Source: an uncultured Sulfitobacter sp. | GTDB taxonomy: Bacteria; Pseudomonadota; Alphaproteobacteria; Rhodobacterales; Rhodobacteraceae | Direction of reading: 5' to 3' | DNA: 64,000 nt | NCBI GenBank assembly: GCA_905182645.1 | Contig: CAJJCJ010000014.1 | Coordinates: 23,564 to 87,563, forward strand | Shown here: positions 18,918 to 30,241 of the stretch, in pieces | How the letters are laid out: every line of letters starts with the position of its first letter | How positions within the stretch are numbered: the stretch's first letter is position 1 | Notes under the pieces: model-generated | What the model was told of the DNA's origin: nothing | The model's database searches: none | Seen by the model: only the letters and a program-made list of their open reading frames with translations | Position numbers and translations under genes: made by a program

Positions 18918-19949
18918 ATGCACCTTTGGGTTCGAGCCGAAACACGCCCCCATGAAGAACGGGTTGGACTGACACCAGCAGGCGCAAAAACGCTGCTGGA
19001 TGCGGGGCTCCAAGTCACCGTCGAAAACAGCGACCAACGCGCAATCCCAATCGGTGGATACAGCGACGTTGGCTGCGCTATTGTGGACCAAGGGGCATGG
19101 GTGGATGCACCCGCTGATGCGGTCATCTTTGGGCTGAAAGAATTGCCTGATGACGGCACCCCGTTGCGCCACAACCACATCATGTTCGGTCATGCGTATA
19201 AGGGACAAGCCTCGGGGCGGGTCCTGTTGGACCGGTTTCAGGCTGGCGGCAGCGCGCTTTATGATCTGGAATATCTTGTCGGCGAAGACGGACGGCGGAT
19301 CGCTGCGTTTGGATATTGGGCTGGGTATGCGGGGGCGGCAGTCAGCCTTCTGACATATGCAGCGCAGCAGCAGGGCCAGCTAATCGGACCGATCAATACC
19401 TTTGCTGATGCACCTGCGATGGTCGATCATATCCACGCGCAATTGGCCGGTACCACCCCCTCAGTCCTGATCATCGGCGCATTGGGTCGCGTCGGCACGG
19501 GCGGCGCGGATTTATGCGAGGCACTGGGGCTGAGCATGACCAAATGGGACATGGCCGAGACCGCTTCAGGTGGGCCTTTCCCTGAAGTGTTGGAGCACGA
19601 TGTGTTCCTCAACTGCATTCTTGCGCGCGACGGGACCCCTGTGTTTGTGCCCGCATCTGCGACGACAGACCAACGCAAGCTGCGCGTGATTGGGGACATC
19701 GCCTGCGATCCGCAAAGCGATTTTTCCCCGATCAAAGTGTATGGATCAGAGACAACATGGGACGCCCCCGCGCTGCGGGTTCACAACGATCCGCCGCTTG
19801 ATGTGATGGCGATTGATAATTTACCGTCACTGTTACCTGCCGAAAGCAGCGATGATTTTGCGGGCCAGCTGTTGCCACATCTTGGCACTTTGGGTCAGCT
19901 AGACTCAGGTGTCTGGGGACGGGCGAGAGAAATATTCGATGATGCGTAG
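18918..19949 (+). CDS. Saccharopine dehydrogenase (NAD+, Lys1-like; AlaDH/PNT fold)
   Basis: HLWVRAETRPHEER, GLKELP, HAYKGQ, YDLEYL, AFGYWAGYAG, IIGALGRVG, IDNLPSLLP. Confidence 0.85.
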   Translation: MHLWVRAETRPHEERVGLTPAGAKTLLDAGLQVTVENSDQRAIPIGGYSDVGCAIVDQGAWVDAPADAVIFGLKELPDDGTPLRHNHIMFGHAYKGQASGRVLLDRFQAGGSALYDLEYLVGEDGRRIAAFGYWAGYAGAAVSLLTYAAQQQGQLIGPINTFADAPAMVDHIHAQLAGTTPSVLIIGALGRVGTGGADLCEALGLSMTKWDMAETASGGPFPEVLEHDVFLNCILARDGTPVFVPASATTDQRKLRVIGDIACDPQSDFSPIKVYGSETTWDAPALRVHNDPPLDVMAIDNLPSLLPAESSDDFAGQLLPHLGTLGQLDSGVWGRAREIFDDA

Positions 19950-19967
19950 GGTGGGTTTTAACCGATC
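19946..19967 (+). repeat. GTAG-family REP-like repeat, degenerate single copy
   Basis: GTAGGGTGGGTTTTAACCGATC, two mismatches to the copies at 37371-37437. Confidence 0.6.
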
Positions 19968-19987
19968 AAACGTCATTTGCCCAAACC

Positions 19988-21157
19988 CTAGGATTTGCCT
20001 TGCGCAATAGGCAGCGGCACCGCGTCCTCTTTTGCGATCTCTTCAAAATCAAAGTTATCAAGCCGCGTCGCGCGTTTACCTGCCCGTTCCGCCGCGGTGT
20101 TGATGTCTTCAAGATCCTTGCGGGCCTGACCAAAATGCGTGTTCAACTTACCCACACGCTCAACCACCAGTTCCACATCGCGGTGCAACAGACGCAAGGT
20201 CGTGCGAATAGCCCCCGCCTGTTCGCGCATCCGCGCATCTTTCAGGATCGCCCGCATCGTGTTCAACGTGGCCATACAGGTCGTCGGTGACACGATCCAA
20301 ACACGTGCAGTGAACCCTTCTCGGACCAGTTCAGGAAAATTCGCATGCAATTCTGCATACACGGCCTCTGATGGCAGGAACATCAGCGCACCATCGGCGG
20401 TTTCTCCGTCTAGGATATACTTCTCAGAAATCGCCTTAATGTGGGCCTTGACCGATGTGCGCATGAACTTGGCGGCCTCATTGGCCTCCCAATCTGTCTT
20501 GGCATTGCGCAGGGCTTCATAGGCTTCCAGCGGAAATTTGCTGTCGATCACAATGGGTCCCGGAGGGTTCGGCAGGTGGATCAAACAGTCGGCCCGCTTG
20601 CCATTCGTCAGCGTGTGCTGGAACGTATAGGCATCTGATGGCAGCGCCTTGCTGACGATATCATTCAGTTGAATTTCCCCAAACGCGCCGCGCGTTTGCT
20701 TGTTCGACAAGATATCTTGCAACGACAAAACATCGCCTGACAGCTTGGTAATATTTTCCTGCGCTTTGTCGATGGTCAACAACCGCTGCTGCAATTCGCC
20801 CAGACTTTGGGCAGTTCGCTGCGCAGATGACGACAGGTTTATGTTCAACGATTCCGTCACTTGCGATAACCGCTGCTCCATCAATTGCAGCGTTTTGGCC
20901 TGCTGCTGCGCCTGTGCTTCGGTCACTGATGTCAGACCGCCAAACAACTGCTGTTGGCCGTTTGACAGCATCTCAACGCGGCTCCCTAGCCCGCCCATCT
21001 GGCTTGCCAACACCTGCGCCATTTCGCCCGATTTACCGGCACGGCGGACCGTCACAACCAACAGGACCACCATCGCAAGGAGAATGAGAGCAACGATCAG
21101 ACCGGCGATGAACAACGGGTCGACTAGGCTAAAGGTATAATCGCCGATGCTGATCAT
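19988..21157 (-). CDS. rmuC: DNA recombination protein RmuC
   Basis: N-terminal TM, coiled coil, KQTRGAFGEIQL, IDSKFPL, MFLPSEAVY. Confidence 0.92.
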   Translation of the reverse strand: MISIGDYTFSLVDPLFIAGLIVALILLAMVVLLVVTVRRAGKSGEMAQVLASQMGGLGSRVEMLSNGQQQLFGGLTSVTEAQAQQQAKTLQLMEQRLSQVTESLNINLSSSAQRTAQSLGELQQRLLTIDKAQENITKLSGDVLSLQDILSNKQTRGAFGEIQLNDIVSKALPSDAYTFQHTLTNGKRADCLIHLPNPPGPIVIDSKFPLEAYEALRNAKTDWEANEAAKFMRTSVKAHIKAISEKYILDGETADGALMFLPSEAVYAELHANFPELVREGFTARVWIVSPTTCMATLNTMRAILKDARMREQAGAIRTTLRLLHRDVELVVERVGKLNTHFGQARKDLEDINTAAERAGKRATRLDNFDFEEIAKEDAVPLPIAQGKS

Positions 21158-22965
21158 GTGCGGCCAAACAATCGTTCAATATCTGTCATTTTCAACTCTA
21201 CATATGTGGGGCGGCCGTGGTTGCATTGGCCGGACCTTGGGGTCGCTTCCATTTCGCGCAACAGGGCGTTCATTTCTTCGCCACGCATCCGGCGGCCCGT
21301 GCGGATCGATCCGTGGCAAGCCACGCGCGACAGGATTGCCTCGACTTTGGTTTGCACCCGATCAGACCCGCCCGTATCGGCAAGCTCGTCTAAAATATCA
21401 CGCAACATTGCGCCTGCGTTCACTTCGCCCAAGATCGCAGGCGTTTCGCGCACGGCCACAGCATTGCCGCCAAACGGTTCAATCCCGAGGCCAAAGCGGG
21501 CCAAGTCATCGGCTATTTCCAACAGTTGCGCTGCCTCGCCTTCGGCCAATTCAACAATCTCTGGGATCAATAATGCTTGGGCGGCAACACCGTTTTCGGC
21601 CATTTGCATCTTTAGTTTTTCATAGACCAATCGCTCGTGGGCCGCATGACCGTCCACGATCACAATGCCATCCGCAGTCTGCGCAATAATGTAATTCTCA
21701 TGGACTTGCGCGCGCGCAGCACCCAGTGGCAAATGATCCGGTTCGTCCAAAATATCAGGTTCAATCCGCGCGCTTGGTGCTTCCCCAAAACCAGGTGCTT
21801 GGGCCTGAAAAGACATCGACCGCGCGGTGAACGACGGGCGGTCCATCTGGTACACGCGCGGCTCTAGCGGCTTCGATTGCATCGCGCCCAACGTCGCATC
21901 AGCGACGGTCGTCGATGCACGGTGTCCTGCGCCCGCAATCGCATGGCGCAAGCCCGATACGATCAATCCGCGCACCGTTCCAGGATCACGAAACCGGACC
22001 TCAGATTTGGCGGGATGCACGTTCACATCGACCATCGCCGGTTCACAATCGATAAACAATGCGGCCACCGGATGCCTGTCGCGGCTTAGCACATCCATGT
22101 ATCCAGCCCGTAGCGCTCCCAGCAGCATTTTATCGCGCACGGGACGTCCGTTCACGAACACAAATTGCGCCACCGCAGCACCGCGCGAATAGGTCGGCAA
22201 AGCCGCATATCCCGTCAGGTGAAACCCGTCGCGTTCTGCATCAATCGCAAGCGCATTGTCGGCAAAATCGCGGCCAACCACCGACCGTAAACGCCCGTGC
22301 AGCGCATCAAACAGATCACCGCTTTCGGCGTCGGCGCGGAACGTGGTCCGGCTGTCGCCGCCCGATGCATCGCGCAGGATAAACGTAATAAACGGCTCTG
22401 CCATCGCAAGGCGCTTAATAACGTCGCCCACCGCCTGAGCTTCGGACCGATTGGTGCGCAAGAACTTGAGCCGCGCAGGTGTTGCGTAAAACATATCGCG
22501 CAATTCAACGACTGTGCCAGCTGACAATGCCGCGGGGCGCACATCGCACATCACACCACCAGCAACCGAAATTGACGCGCCTTCGCCGCCCGCGACGCGA
22601 CTGGTCATCGTCAAACGACCGACTGCGCCAAGGCTGGCCAAGGCTTCACCGCGAAAGCCAAAGGAATGGATATTTAGCAGGTCAGACCCATCAATTTTGC
22701 TGGTCGCATGGCGGGACAATGCCAGTGGCAAATCCGCCCCCGCGATACCGCAGCCATCGTCACTCACGCGGATCAGTGTTTTGCCTCCATCGGCGATCAC
22801 GACCTCAATCCGGTGCGCGCCCGCATCAATCGCGTTCTCGACCAATTCTTTGACGGCAGACGCCGGACGTTCCAACACTTCACCCGCTGCAATCCTATTG
22901 ATCGCGGCGTCGTCAAGCTGTCTGATGACAGGCTGAGGCTTTATGTTGGGGTCCAAATTGGCCAT
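21154..22965 (-). CDS. mutL: DNA mismatch repair protein MutL
   Basis: IAAGEV, KELVENAIDAG, GFRGEAL, DGHAAHERL, CNHGRPT. Confidence 0.96.
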   Translation of the reverse strand: MANLDPNIKPQPVIRQLDDAAINRIAAGEVLERPASAVKELVENAIDAGAHRIEVVIADGGKTLIRVSDDGCGIAGADLPLALSRHATSKIDGSDLLNIHSFGFRGEALASLGAVGRLTMTSRVAGGEGASISVAGGVMCDVRPAALSAGTVVELRDMFYATPARLKFLRTNRSEAQAVGDVIKRLAMAEPFITFILRDASGGDSRTTFRADAESGDLFDALHGRLRSVVGRDFADNALAIDAERDGFHLTGYAALPTYSRGAAVAQFVFVNGRPVRDKMLLGALRAGYMDVLSRDRHPVAALFIDCEPAMVDVNVHPAKSEVRFRDPGTVRGLIVSGLRHAIAGAGHRASTTVADATLGAMQSKPLEPRVYQMDRPSFTARSMSFQAQAPGFGEAPSARIEPDILDEPDHLPLGAARAQVHENYIIAQTADGIVIVDGHAAHERLVYEKLKMQMAENGVAAQALLIPEIVELAEGEAAQLLEIADDLARFGLGIEPFGGNAVAVRETPAILGEVNAGAMLRDILDELADTGGSDRVQTKVEAILSRVACHGSIRTGRRMRGEEMNALLREMEATPRSGQCNHGRPTYVELKMTDIERLFGRT

Positions 22966-23016
22966 GCCACAAGGGATAGCACGGCCAATTGCGATTCTGC
23001 GAGGGGCGAAAAATAG

Positions 23017-24327
23017 TTAATCGATGGTTTCTAGCCCAACTGGCTGACCCACAACGACAAAGTGCAGATCGTCAGGGCGCAGTAATTCTGCGGCGACACG
23101 GCTAATATCGTCCAGCGTTACCGCCTCAATATAATCGTTGCGATTGATCACATATTCCGGCGGCAAACCGATCATCTGCATGCCAACCATGATGCCCGCG
23201 ATTTTGGCGTTGCCATCAAACCGCAGCGGGTATTCGCCCGTCAGGTAGGTTTTGGTCACAGCCAATTCTTCTGCAGTCACGCCATTGGCGGCCAAGTCAG
23301 ACCAGACATCGCGGGTGACTGCGATCGCCTCTGAAATCGTTTCATTGCCGGATGCAACTTGCCCGATCCACATTTCTGTGTGGAATTTCGGAACCAAATA
23401 GGACGCGATGCCATACGTTAGACCACGCTTTTCGCGAACCTCATTCATCAGGCGGGATTCGAACCCAGAGCCGCCAAGAATTGAATTCAGAATATAGGCC
23501 ACAAAGAAATCATCGTCGTCACGTTCAATACCGCTGTGGCCGAACAACGCGACCGACTGCGGCGTGTCGAATGGAATAACGGTGACGCCACCAGCCAAAC
23601 TAAAGTCGACGTCAGCAATGGCGGGCGGACCTGTGGCTGGCAAACCGCCCAACAGTTCGTCGAGCAGTGGTCCAAGCGCGTCCGCCGAAATATCACCCAC
23701 AGCGGACACATAAATCTGGTCACGGGTCAACGTATTGCGGTGCGCTTCAAACATATCGTCTTGGGTCAATGCACCAACGCTGTCAGCAGTGCCGTCGATG
23801 GATGTCGCGTAAGGATGACCTTCAAACGCGGCACCATCAAAGAATGCGCCAGCAATCCGGTTCGGGCTTTTTGCGTCACTCAAAATGCCGGAAATAACCT
23901 GCGCGCGCACGCGGTCAATCGCGTCCTGGTCAAACCGCGGCTGGGTCAATGCTTGGCGCAATAATGCCAACACCTCGTCTTGATTTTCGGTCAGGAACTT
24001 CGCGGAAATCGACATGATGTCATCAGACACACGGAACGACAGGCTGGCCGCGAGCGCCTCAAGGCGCTTCTGGAACGCTTGCGCATCCATATCGCCGCTG
24101 CCTTCCTCAATGAGCGCGGTCATCAAGTTTACCGCACCGCGTTTGCCAGCCACGTCCAAAGACGCGCCGCCACGCATGCGAATTTCAAGCGCTGTGAACG
24201 GAATGGATGGTTCTTCAACGACCCACGCATTGATCCCACCAGCAGACGTAATCTGTTGAATTTCAACTTCGGCAAGGGCGCTGGTGCCCGCCACAACGGC
24301 ACAAATCGTCAGGATATATCGAAACAT
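23017..24327 (-). CDS. M16 family peptidase, non-catalytic partner subunit
   Basis: SRLMNEVREKRGLTYG motif, no HxxEH, signal peptide. Confidence 0.85.
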   Translation of the reverse strand: MFRYILTICAVVAGTSALAEVEIQQITSAGGINAWVVEEPSIPFTALEIRMRGGASLDVAGKRGAVNLMTALIEEGSGDMDAQAFQKRLEALAASLSFRVSDDIMSISAKFLTENQDEVLALLRQALTQPRFDQDAIDRVRAQVISGILSDAKSPNRIAGAFFDGAAFEGHPYATSIDGTADSVGALTQDDMFEAHRNTLTRDQIYVSAVGDISADALGPLLDELLGGLPATGPPAIADVDFSLAGGVTVIPFDTPQSVALFGHSGIERDDDDFFVAYILNSILGGSGFESRLMNEVREKRGLTYGIASYLVPKFHTEMWIGQVASGNETISEAIAVTRDVWSDLAANGVTAEELAVTKTYLTGEYPLRFDGNAKIAGIMVGMQMIGLPPEYVINRNDYIEAVTLDDISRVAAELLRPDDLHFVVVGQPVGLETID

Positions 24328-25655
24328 CAGCGTGCCTCCTCTGGGTTTGCCACGACCCATCCGGTCACGGCTTGATTACGGTCCAAAACCTTGGCGGCGA
24401 CGGCTTTGATATCGGCCTCTGTCACGTCTTGCAGAATTTGCGGCCAGTCTTGCACGTCTTGGATCGTCAGCCCTTGGGTCAACGCACGCCCGTACCGGTT
24501 GGCGATACCTTGCACGTTATCTTTGGCGAAAACCTCGGATGCACGCAGCTGGGTGCGCAGGCTTTCCATCTGGTCTTGGTCAATCGGAGCAGCAAGGAAT
24601 GCTGCGATCGCGGCGTCCATCGCGGCCTCTGCGTCCGACAGGCTCACGCCCTCAGATGGGGCCACGGATACGGCAAATGTGCTGTCATCCAGTGATGCGC
24701 CGTTATAGCTGGCGCCCGCATAAACCGCCGTCTGGGTTTCAAACTGCAGGGCTTGACCAAGCGCGGACGAGAATGGTGACCCACCCAACAGATCCGCGAG
24801 ATAGACCAAAGCGGCTGCTTCTTTCTGCGCACCGGCATCGCGTTCGGGCGCGATGTAAGAGCGCGTTAAATACGGCTGGCTGACGCGTGGGTCGGTATAG
24901 GTGATACGCCGCTCGGCGCGCTGGGGTGGTTCTTGTGGGCGAATACGTTCGGGCAGGTTTGGCTCGGATGGGATCACACCGTAATACTGCTCGGCCAAGG
25001 CCTTAACTTCATCGGGTGCGACGTCACCAGCAACAACCAAAATGGCGTTGTTCGGGCTGTAATACAGGTCGTAGAAATCAAACGCGTCTTGTAGTGACAG
25101 CTGTTCCATTTCGTGTTTCCAGCCAATGATCGGCACACCGTAGCGGTGGTTTTGATATTGAGCCGCCACGAATTGTTCGCGGGCAAGCGCGCCAGCAGAA
25201 TTCTCGGTACGCTGATTGCGTTCTTCCAAGACCACGTTGCGTTCAGTCTCTATGTCGGCCTCAGTAATCCGGAGGTTATTCATCCGGTTGCTTTCCATCT
25301 GCATCATCAGCTCCAACCTATCGGCGGCGATGCGTTGGAAATACGCGGTGTAATCATAGCTGGTGAACGCATTGTCAGACCCACCGTTGGCAGCAACGGT
25401 CGCGGAAAACTCGCCGCTTTCCAGAACATCCGTGGCCTTAAACAACAGATGCTCAAGGAAATGCGCGACACCGGATGCACCAACGGGTTCATCGGCTGAC
25501 CCGACCTTATACCAGACCATATGCACGACGACGGGGGCGCGGTGGTCTTCGATCACGACGACATCCATGCCGTTATCAAGTGAATAGGTCGTGACCTCTT
25601 GGGCCAGCGCGGGGGCGCTAAAGGCGATCAGGGCAAGGGTAAGCAATCGGCGCAT
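24327..25655 (-). CDS. M16 family zinc protease
   Basis: AHFLEHLLFK (HxxEH), NAFTSYDYT, VVLEER. Confidence 0.9.
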   Translation of the reverse strand: MRRLLTLALIAFSAPALAQEVTTYSLDNGMDVVVIEDHRAPVVVHMVWYKVGSADEPVGASGVAHFLEHLLFKATDVLESGEFSATVAANGGSDNAFTSYDYTAYFQRIAADRLELMMQMESNRMNNLRITEADIETERNVVLEERNQRTENSAGALAREQFVAAQYQNHRYGVPIIGWKHEMEQLSLQDAFDFYDLYYSPNNAILVVAGDVAPDEVKALAEQYYGVIPSEPNLPERIRPQEPPQRAERRITYTDPRVSQPYLTRSYIAPERDAGAQKEAAALVYLADLLGGSPFSSALGQALQFETQTAVYAGASYNGASLDDSTFAVSVAPSEGVSLSDAEAAMDAAIAAFLAAPIDQDQMESLRTQLRASEVFAKDNVQGIANRYGRALTQGLTIQDVQDWPQILQDVTEADIKAVAAKVLDRNQAVTGWVVANPEEAR

Positions 25656-25770
25656 TGGGCATCCTTATCTCGTGGGACTGTCTTGAATAGCAACCTACGT
25701 CACAACACAGCGCAATCAAGTGGTCATACGCGGATGTGACAACGCGCTATCGTGCCGAAGGCGGGCTGGG

Positions 25771-26283
25771 CTACTGAGCCGGAGGTGCGGTTGGCGTCGC
25801 GATGCCTAGGTTCCGGAGCCGCTGCAACTCTGCGTAAGCGTCAAGCGCTTGGGCGGCGTAGGCCTTAAAGTAACGACTGCGCGAGAAAATCCCGCCAAAC
25901 AGCGAGAACCGTTTGCGGGTTTGGCGGAACTGCGCGTCCTCGGTCGCCAGCGTTTCACGAATATTCGCGGTCACGCCGTTGCGGCCTGCACGGGCAACAA
26001 GCGCTGCATCTGCTGTGGGAATGCCGCCAGCGGACTGGGACGCACGCCTGCCACCAAGGGCCTCAATCGCGTCGCCTTTAGGGTCAGCATCTGTGCGGTT
26101 ACTAGCACCAGGGGTTGGTGTGGGCAGCGTGAATGTGTCCGGCAATTCCAAAGCCGCCACAGGCATCACCGAAAATTCATCCGGTCCGCCACTGCTGCTG
26201 CGCATGTCATGCAACGGACGATCGCCAGCGGAACATGCCGCCAGCACAAGTGCACCGAAAATTGCCAAAATAGCGTTACGCAT
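25771..26283 (-). CDS. DUF3035 family lipoprotein
   Basis: Lipobox LAAC, GPDEFSV, LPTPTPG; sits between lspA and the M16 genes. Confidence 0.75.
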   Translation of the reverse strand: MRNAILAIFGALVLAACSAGDRPLHDMRSSSGGPDEFSVMPVAALELPDTFTLPTPTPGASNRTDADPKGDAIEALGGRRASQSAGGIPTADAALVARAGRNGVTANIRETLATEDAQFRQTRKRFSLFGGIFSRSRYFKAYAAQALDAYAELQRLRNLGIATPTAPPAQ

Positions 26284-26335
26284 CACGTCGTCCTTGGTCA
26301 TTGTCGGGCATGTTTAGCCTAACCCGTAGGCTTCG

Positions 26336-26812
26336 TCACGCCCGTTTCTTTTTCGGCTTGTCCGGTTCGGCAAATGCAATGCCCACCGCGCCGACAAAAA
26401 TGGCCACATCGGCGATATTAAACGCATATGGGTTTTCAAACCCACAGCACGACATGTTCAAGAAATCGGCCACAGCGCCATACAGGACCCGATCAACGAC
26501 GTTGCCCAACGCGCCGCCGACCAGAAAACCAGCCGCGATATAGGTCCATTTATTGGTCACAGGTCTGCGCCACAGCCAAAACAACACAGCCACCGAGATC
26601 GCAACTGCGACACCAATCAACACCAAGCGCATATCGAACCCTGCGCCGATGCCAAAATTCACGCCGCGGTTCCATGCCATCCGAAACGTCAGGTACGGCG
26701 GCCACACATCGATGCGCAGCTTCGTGATCAGATCAAGATAATGGACGACCACGTATTTGCTGGCTTGATCCGCCAGAAACACCCAAAAACCTGTCCAGAA
26801 TAGCAAACGCAT
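26336..26812 (-). CDS. lspA: Lipoprotein signal peptidase II
   Basis: [29 protein letters not shown]. Confidence 0.95.
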   Translation of the reverse strand: MRLLFWTGFWVFLADQASKYVVVHYLDLITKLRIDVWPPYLTFRMAWNRGVNFGIGAGFDMRLVLIGVAVAISVAVLFWLWRRPVTNKWTYIAAGFLVGGALGNVVDRVLYGAVADFLNMSCCGFENPYAFNIADVAIFVGAVGIAFAEPDKPKKKRA

Positions 26813-26822
26813 CGATTAATCC

Positions 26823-28412
26823 TTAATGCCGAAAGTGGCGCATGCCGGTGAACACCATCGCGATACCGGCGTCATCTGCGGCAGCGATGACCTCATCGTC
26901 ACGCATCGAGCCACCCGGCTGAATGACGCAAGTCGCACCAGCGGCAGCTGCCTCAAGCAGGCCATCAGCGAACGGGAAGAACGCATCTGATGCAACTGCC
27001 GACCCGATTGCCAACGACTGCGGCAAGCCCATCGCGCCCGCCATGCGCTCTGCCTTTTGGGCGGCAATCAGCGCGCTATCAAGGCGCGACATCTGGCCTG
27101 CACCAACGCCGACCGTTGCGCCGTCTTTAACGTAAACAATCGCGTTAGATTTGACGTGCTTGGCAACGGTCCACGCAAATTGCAGATCGGCCATTTGGGC
27201 ATCGGTTGGCTGAACCTTGGTCACAACTTTTAGATCGCCCAAAGCCACATGACCGACGTCTTTGTCTTGGACAAGCATACCGCCAGCAACCTGTTTCATC
27301 GTGATCTGGGCTGCCTTTGGATCAGGCAAGCCGTCTGTTGTCAGCAAGCGCAGGTTCTTTTTAGTGGCGAAAATTGCGCAGGCTGAATCGGACGCACCCG
27401 GCGCAATCACAACTTCGGTGAAAATCTCGACAATCGCCTTTGCAGTGTCTTCATCCAGCGCAGTGTTCAGCGCAACAATGCCGCCAAACGCAGATGTGCG
27501 GTCGCAGTCAAACGCGTTGGTGTAGGCTTCAAGCAAGGTCGCGCCACGGGCCACGCCGCTTGGGTTTGCATGTTTGATAATCGCAACGGCTGGGCCATCC
27601 GCAGGGTCAAACTCGGCAACCAATTCAAACGCGGCATCGGTGTCGTTGATGTTGTTGTAGGACAATTCCTTGCCCTGATGCTGGGTCGCCGTCGCAACGC
27701 CCTGACGGTCGGTGCCATCGGTATAAAACGCAGCCGACTGGTGGGAGTTTTCACCGTAACGCATCGTCTGCTTATAAGTGCCAGCAATGGACCGACGGCG
27801 CGGCGTGTCGAGATCAATCACGCCAGCCATCCATGTGCTGACGGCAGTATCATAGGCGGCGGTGCGGCCATATGCGGTTTGCGCAAGTTTCTGGCGGAAC
27901 GCCAGTGTGGTCTGGCCGTCGTTTGCGTCCAGCTCAGTCAACAGCGCGGCGTAGTCTTGGACATCAGTAATCACGTTCACAAACGCATGGTTTTTGGCGG
28001 CAGAGCGGATCATCGCAGGGCCACCAATGTCGATGTTCTCAATACAGGTATCAAAATCCGCACCCTTGGCGACGGTTTCTTCAAACGGGTATAGGTTCAC
28101 GACCAACAGATCGATTGGGCAGATGTTATGCTCGGTCATCGCGTCCACATGCGCAGGCAAATCACGACGGGCCAAAAGGCCACCATGCACAACAGGGTGC
28201 AGCGTTTTAACCCGACCATCCATCATCTCAGGAAAGCCTGTCACATCGGCCACATCGCGCACGTCTAGCCCTGCATCGCGCAGCGCCTTGGCAGACCCAC
28301 CAGTCGACAACAGTTCGACCCCACGGGCGGCAAGCGCCTTACCTAGATCAAGCAATCCAGCTTTGTCAGATACAGAAAGAAGGGCGCGGCGCAGTGGTGC
28401 AAGGTCGGTCAT
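26823..28412 (-). CDS. purH: Bifunctional AICAR formyltransferase/IMP cyclohydrolase
   Basis: [42 protein letters not shown]. Confidence 0.97.
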   Translation of the reverse strand: MTDLAPLRRALLSVSDKAGLLDLGKALAARGVELLSTGGSAKALRDAGLDVRDVADVTGFPEMMDGRVKTLHPVVHGGLLARRDLPAHVDAMTEHNICPIDLLVVNLYPFEETVAKGADFDTCIENIDIGGPAMIRSAAKNHAFVNVITDVQDYAALLTELDANDGQTTLAFRQKLAQTAYGRTAAYDTAVSTWMAGVIDLDTPRRRSIAGTYKQTMRYGENSHQSAAFYTDGTDRQGVATATQHQGKELSYNNINDTDAAFELVAEFDPADGPAVAIIKHANPSGVARGATLLEAYTNAFDCDRTSAFGGIVALNTALDEDTAKAIVEIFTEVVIAPGASDSACAIFATKKNLRLLTTDGLPDPKAAQITMKQVAGGMLVQDKDVGHVALGDLKVVTKVQPTDAQMADLQFAWTVAKHVKSNAIVYVKDGATVGVGAGQMSRLDSALIAAQKAERMAGAMGLPQSLAIGSAVASDAFFPFADGLLEAAAAGATCVIQPGGSMRDDEVIAAADDAGIAMVFTGMRHFRH

Positions 28413-28427
28413 GTGATCCCCCAAGAA

Positions 28428-30182
28428 TCAATCTTCATTTGGGTCCATCAGGTCGTCAGTGACCAGATCACGCACACCTTCGGGCGTATCTTGGGCCTTG
28501 GCCAACGACCAGCGGACGCGCGTCGCATATGCCATTGTGCGCCCAGATAAAACCACCTGCTGGCTCGGACGGGGCTTTAATCGGCCATTTTCCAAATAAA
28601 CTGACGGTTCAAGCGACATTTCAGCGTGTCCATCGTGGCGAAGTATCCAAATCTCTCCAGATTTGAGCGCCAATGAGATTGCAGCGCCACCCATATCAAT
28701 TGTGGCATCCACGTCAGGATGCAAATGAAACCGCACCGAATAGTGAACGCCTTGCAGGGCGGTTTGATCCAGAGCGGCGTCAAATTTCGCCTTGTCAGCT
28801 TCAAGCAGCGTGGTCAGTAGATCTTCGCCTACCATGCCGCGCCCATCCACGGCCAAATCGATTGTGCGGGCGTGCGTCAACCCGTGGGTGCCGCGATATC
28901 CATCATGTGACAGCTCTAATCTGCGCCCATCATGCAGGCTTGAAAAATGCGCCTGAACGAACTGTTGCACATCAACCAGCAGTTCTTGTCGTGCGGTGTT
29001 TAACCTGCTTGGCGGGCCAAGACGGGACGATGAATATCCTTCGAGGCAAACGGCGCTGTGCGACGGTGTGGCCCGACCAGCGCGCCGCCATTCCTCGCCA
29101 AACGAGCGACCCGATCCGCAGCTTACGATTACGGGACGGCGGCCTGATGTGACCTCAATCGCAAGTGTGCTGGCATGCGCATTGATCGATTCTGCCCCCG
29201 TCGGCGGGGCTGCGGCATCCATCACAATGGTCGTGCGTCCGGCGCTAAGACGGGCAAACCCCATATGCGGACCCTCACCCGCACGCGTCTTATCACCACT
29301 AGCGACCAAGGCATGATCCAAGCGACCAATAAGACCGCGGCCACCGCCGTGGAAACGGGCCAAGCCGCCATCCGCATGCCGCAAGGCGCGCAACGTCGGG
29401 GCAATGCGGGCAATCGCGGTCAGGATCGGCGCAGGCGGTTGGCGGTTCATTTTGGTCAATGCTTGCACGGTCAACGTGAGCAATGTCAGCACCTCAAGCA
29501 ATTCTTCGGGGTTGCGGGTCAAAATTCCGCCTGTGTCATCAATTTCACAGGCACAATCGCGGGCCAACGCCTTAACGGCAGGATCGACGTGTTCTTCCAT
29601 GCCCTCTAGCGAAAGACCTGCGTAGATCATCCCTGTCAGTGCCTCAAATCGAGGCAAGCCACGTTGGGATGTTTTCCAGCGGCGCGATAGAAAAATTGTC
29701 TGTTGCCCGAGTGAGCGGTAAAACGCCACGCTCGCCTCTTTTTCTTGGCCGCGCAGTAGGAAAAACCCGTGTTGTATCCAGCGAATTAGACGGCGACCAA
29801 CCAAATCAGGGGTCCAGCCCGCGCCGCGCCCACGCCCATAGTGCACTATCCAATCTGCGACCCAATCCTGCGCGCAGGCCCGCGCCTTTGCATCGCCAAC
29901 AGCGGCCAAATCATCAAGCCACGCGCAGCCCTGCAGTTCTTCGGCAACAACGGGGTTATCAGGCACGATGTCCCAAATCGACGCATCTTTGGCCTCTGTC
30001 AGGGCACCAGAAAACAGGAAATTGCCCGCAACGAGCTGGCGACCACGGGCGAAATGACCGATGGTTTTTGGCTCTGGCTGGCTGACAAATCTGGTCGCAG
30101 GACGCGCACGGCTGGCAGCACGCGCATGAACACGGTGCATGAAATGCGTAGCGCCAGCGCGCCATGTCTGCGGTCTTGCCAC
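28428..30182 (-). CDS. Heparinase II/III family protein
   Basis: LRHADGGLARFHGG, AHASTLAIE, RATPSHS, SHDGY; conserved position between rsmB and purH in alphaproteobacteria. Confidence 0.8.
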   Translation of the reverse strand: MARPQTWRAGATHFMHRVHARAASRARPATRFVSQPEPKTIGHFARGRQLVAGNFLFSGALTEAKDASIWDIVPDNPVVAEELQGCAWLDDLAAVGDAKARACAQDWVADWIVHYGRGRGAGWTPDLVGRRLIRWIQHGFFLLRGQEKEASVAFYRSLGQQTIFLSRRWKTSQRGLPRFEALTGMIYAGLSLEGMEEHVDPAVKALARDCACEIDDTGGILTRNPEELLEVLTLLTLTVQALTKMNRQPPAPILTAIARIAPTLRALRHADGGLARFHGGGRGLIGRLDHALVASGDKTRAGEGPHMGFARLSAGRTTIVMDAAAPPTGAESINAHASTLAIEVTSGRRPVIVSCGSGRSFGEEWRRAGRATPSHSAVCLEGYSSSRLGPPSRLNTARQELLVDVQQFVQAHFSSLHDGRRLELSHDGYRGTHGLTHARTIDLAVDGRGMVGEDLLTTLLEADKAKFDAALDQTALQGVHYSVRFHLHPDVDATIDMGGAAISLALKSGEIWILRHDGHAEMSLEPSVYLENGRLKPRPSQQVVLSGRTMAYATRVRWSLAKAQDTPEGVRDLVTDDLMDPNED

Positions 30183-30241
30183 GATACTGCTGCCTTCGAC
30201 TTCGCGCTGATGCGCTGTGTTATTGCAGCTATCTTAGGGCG

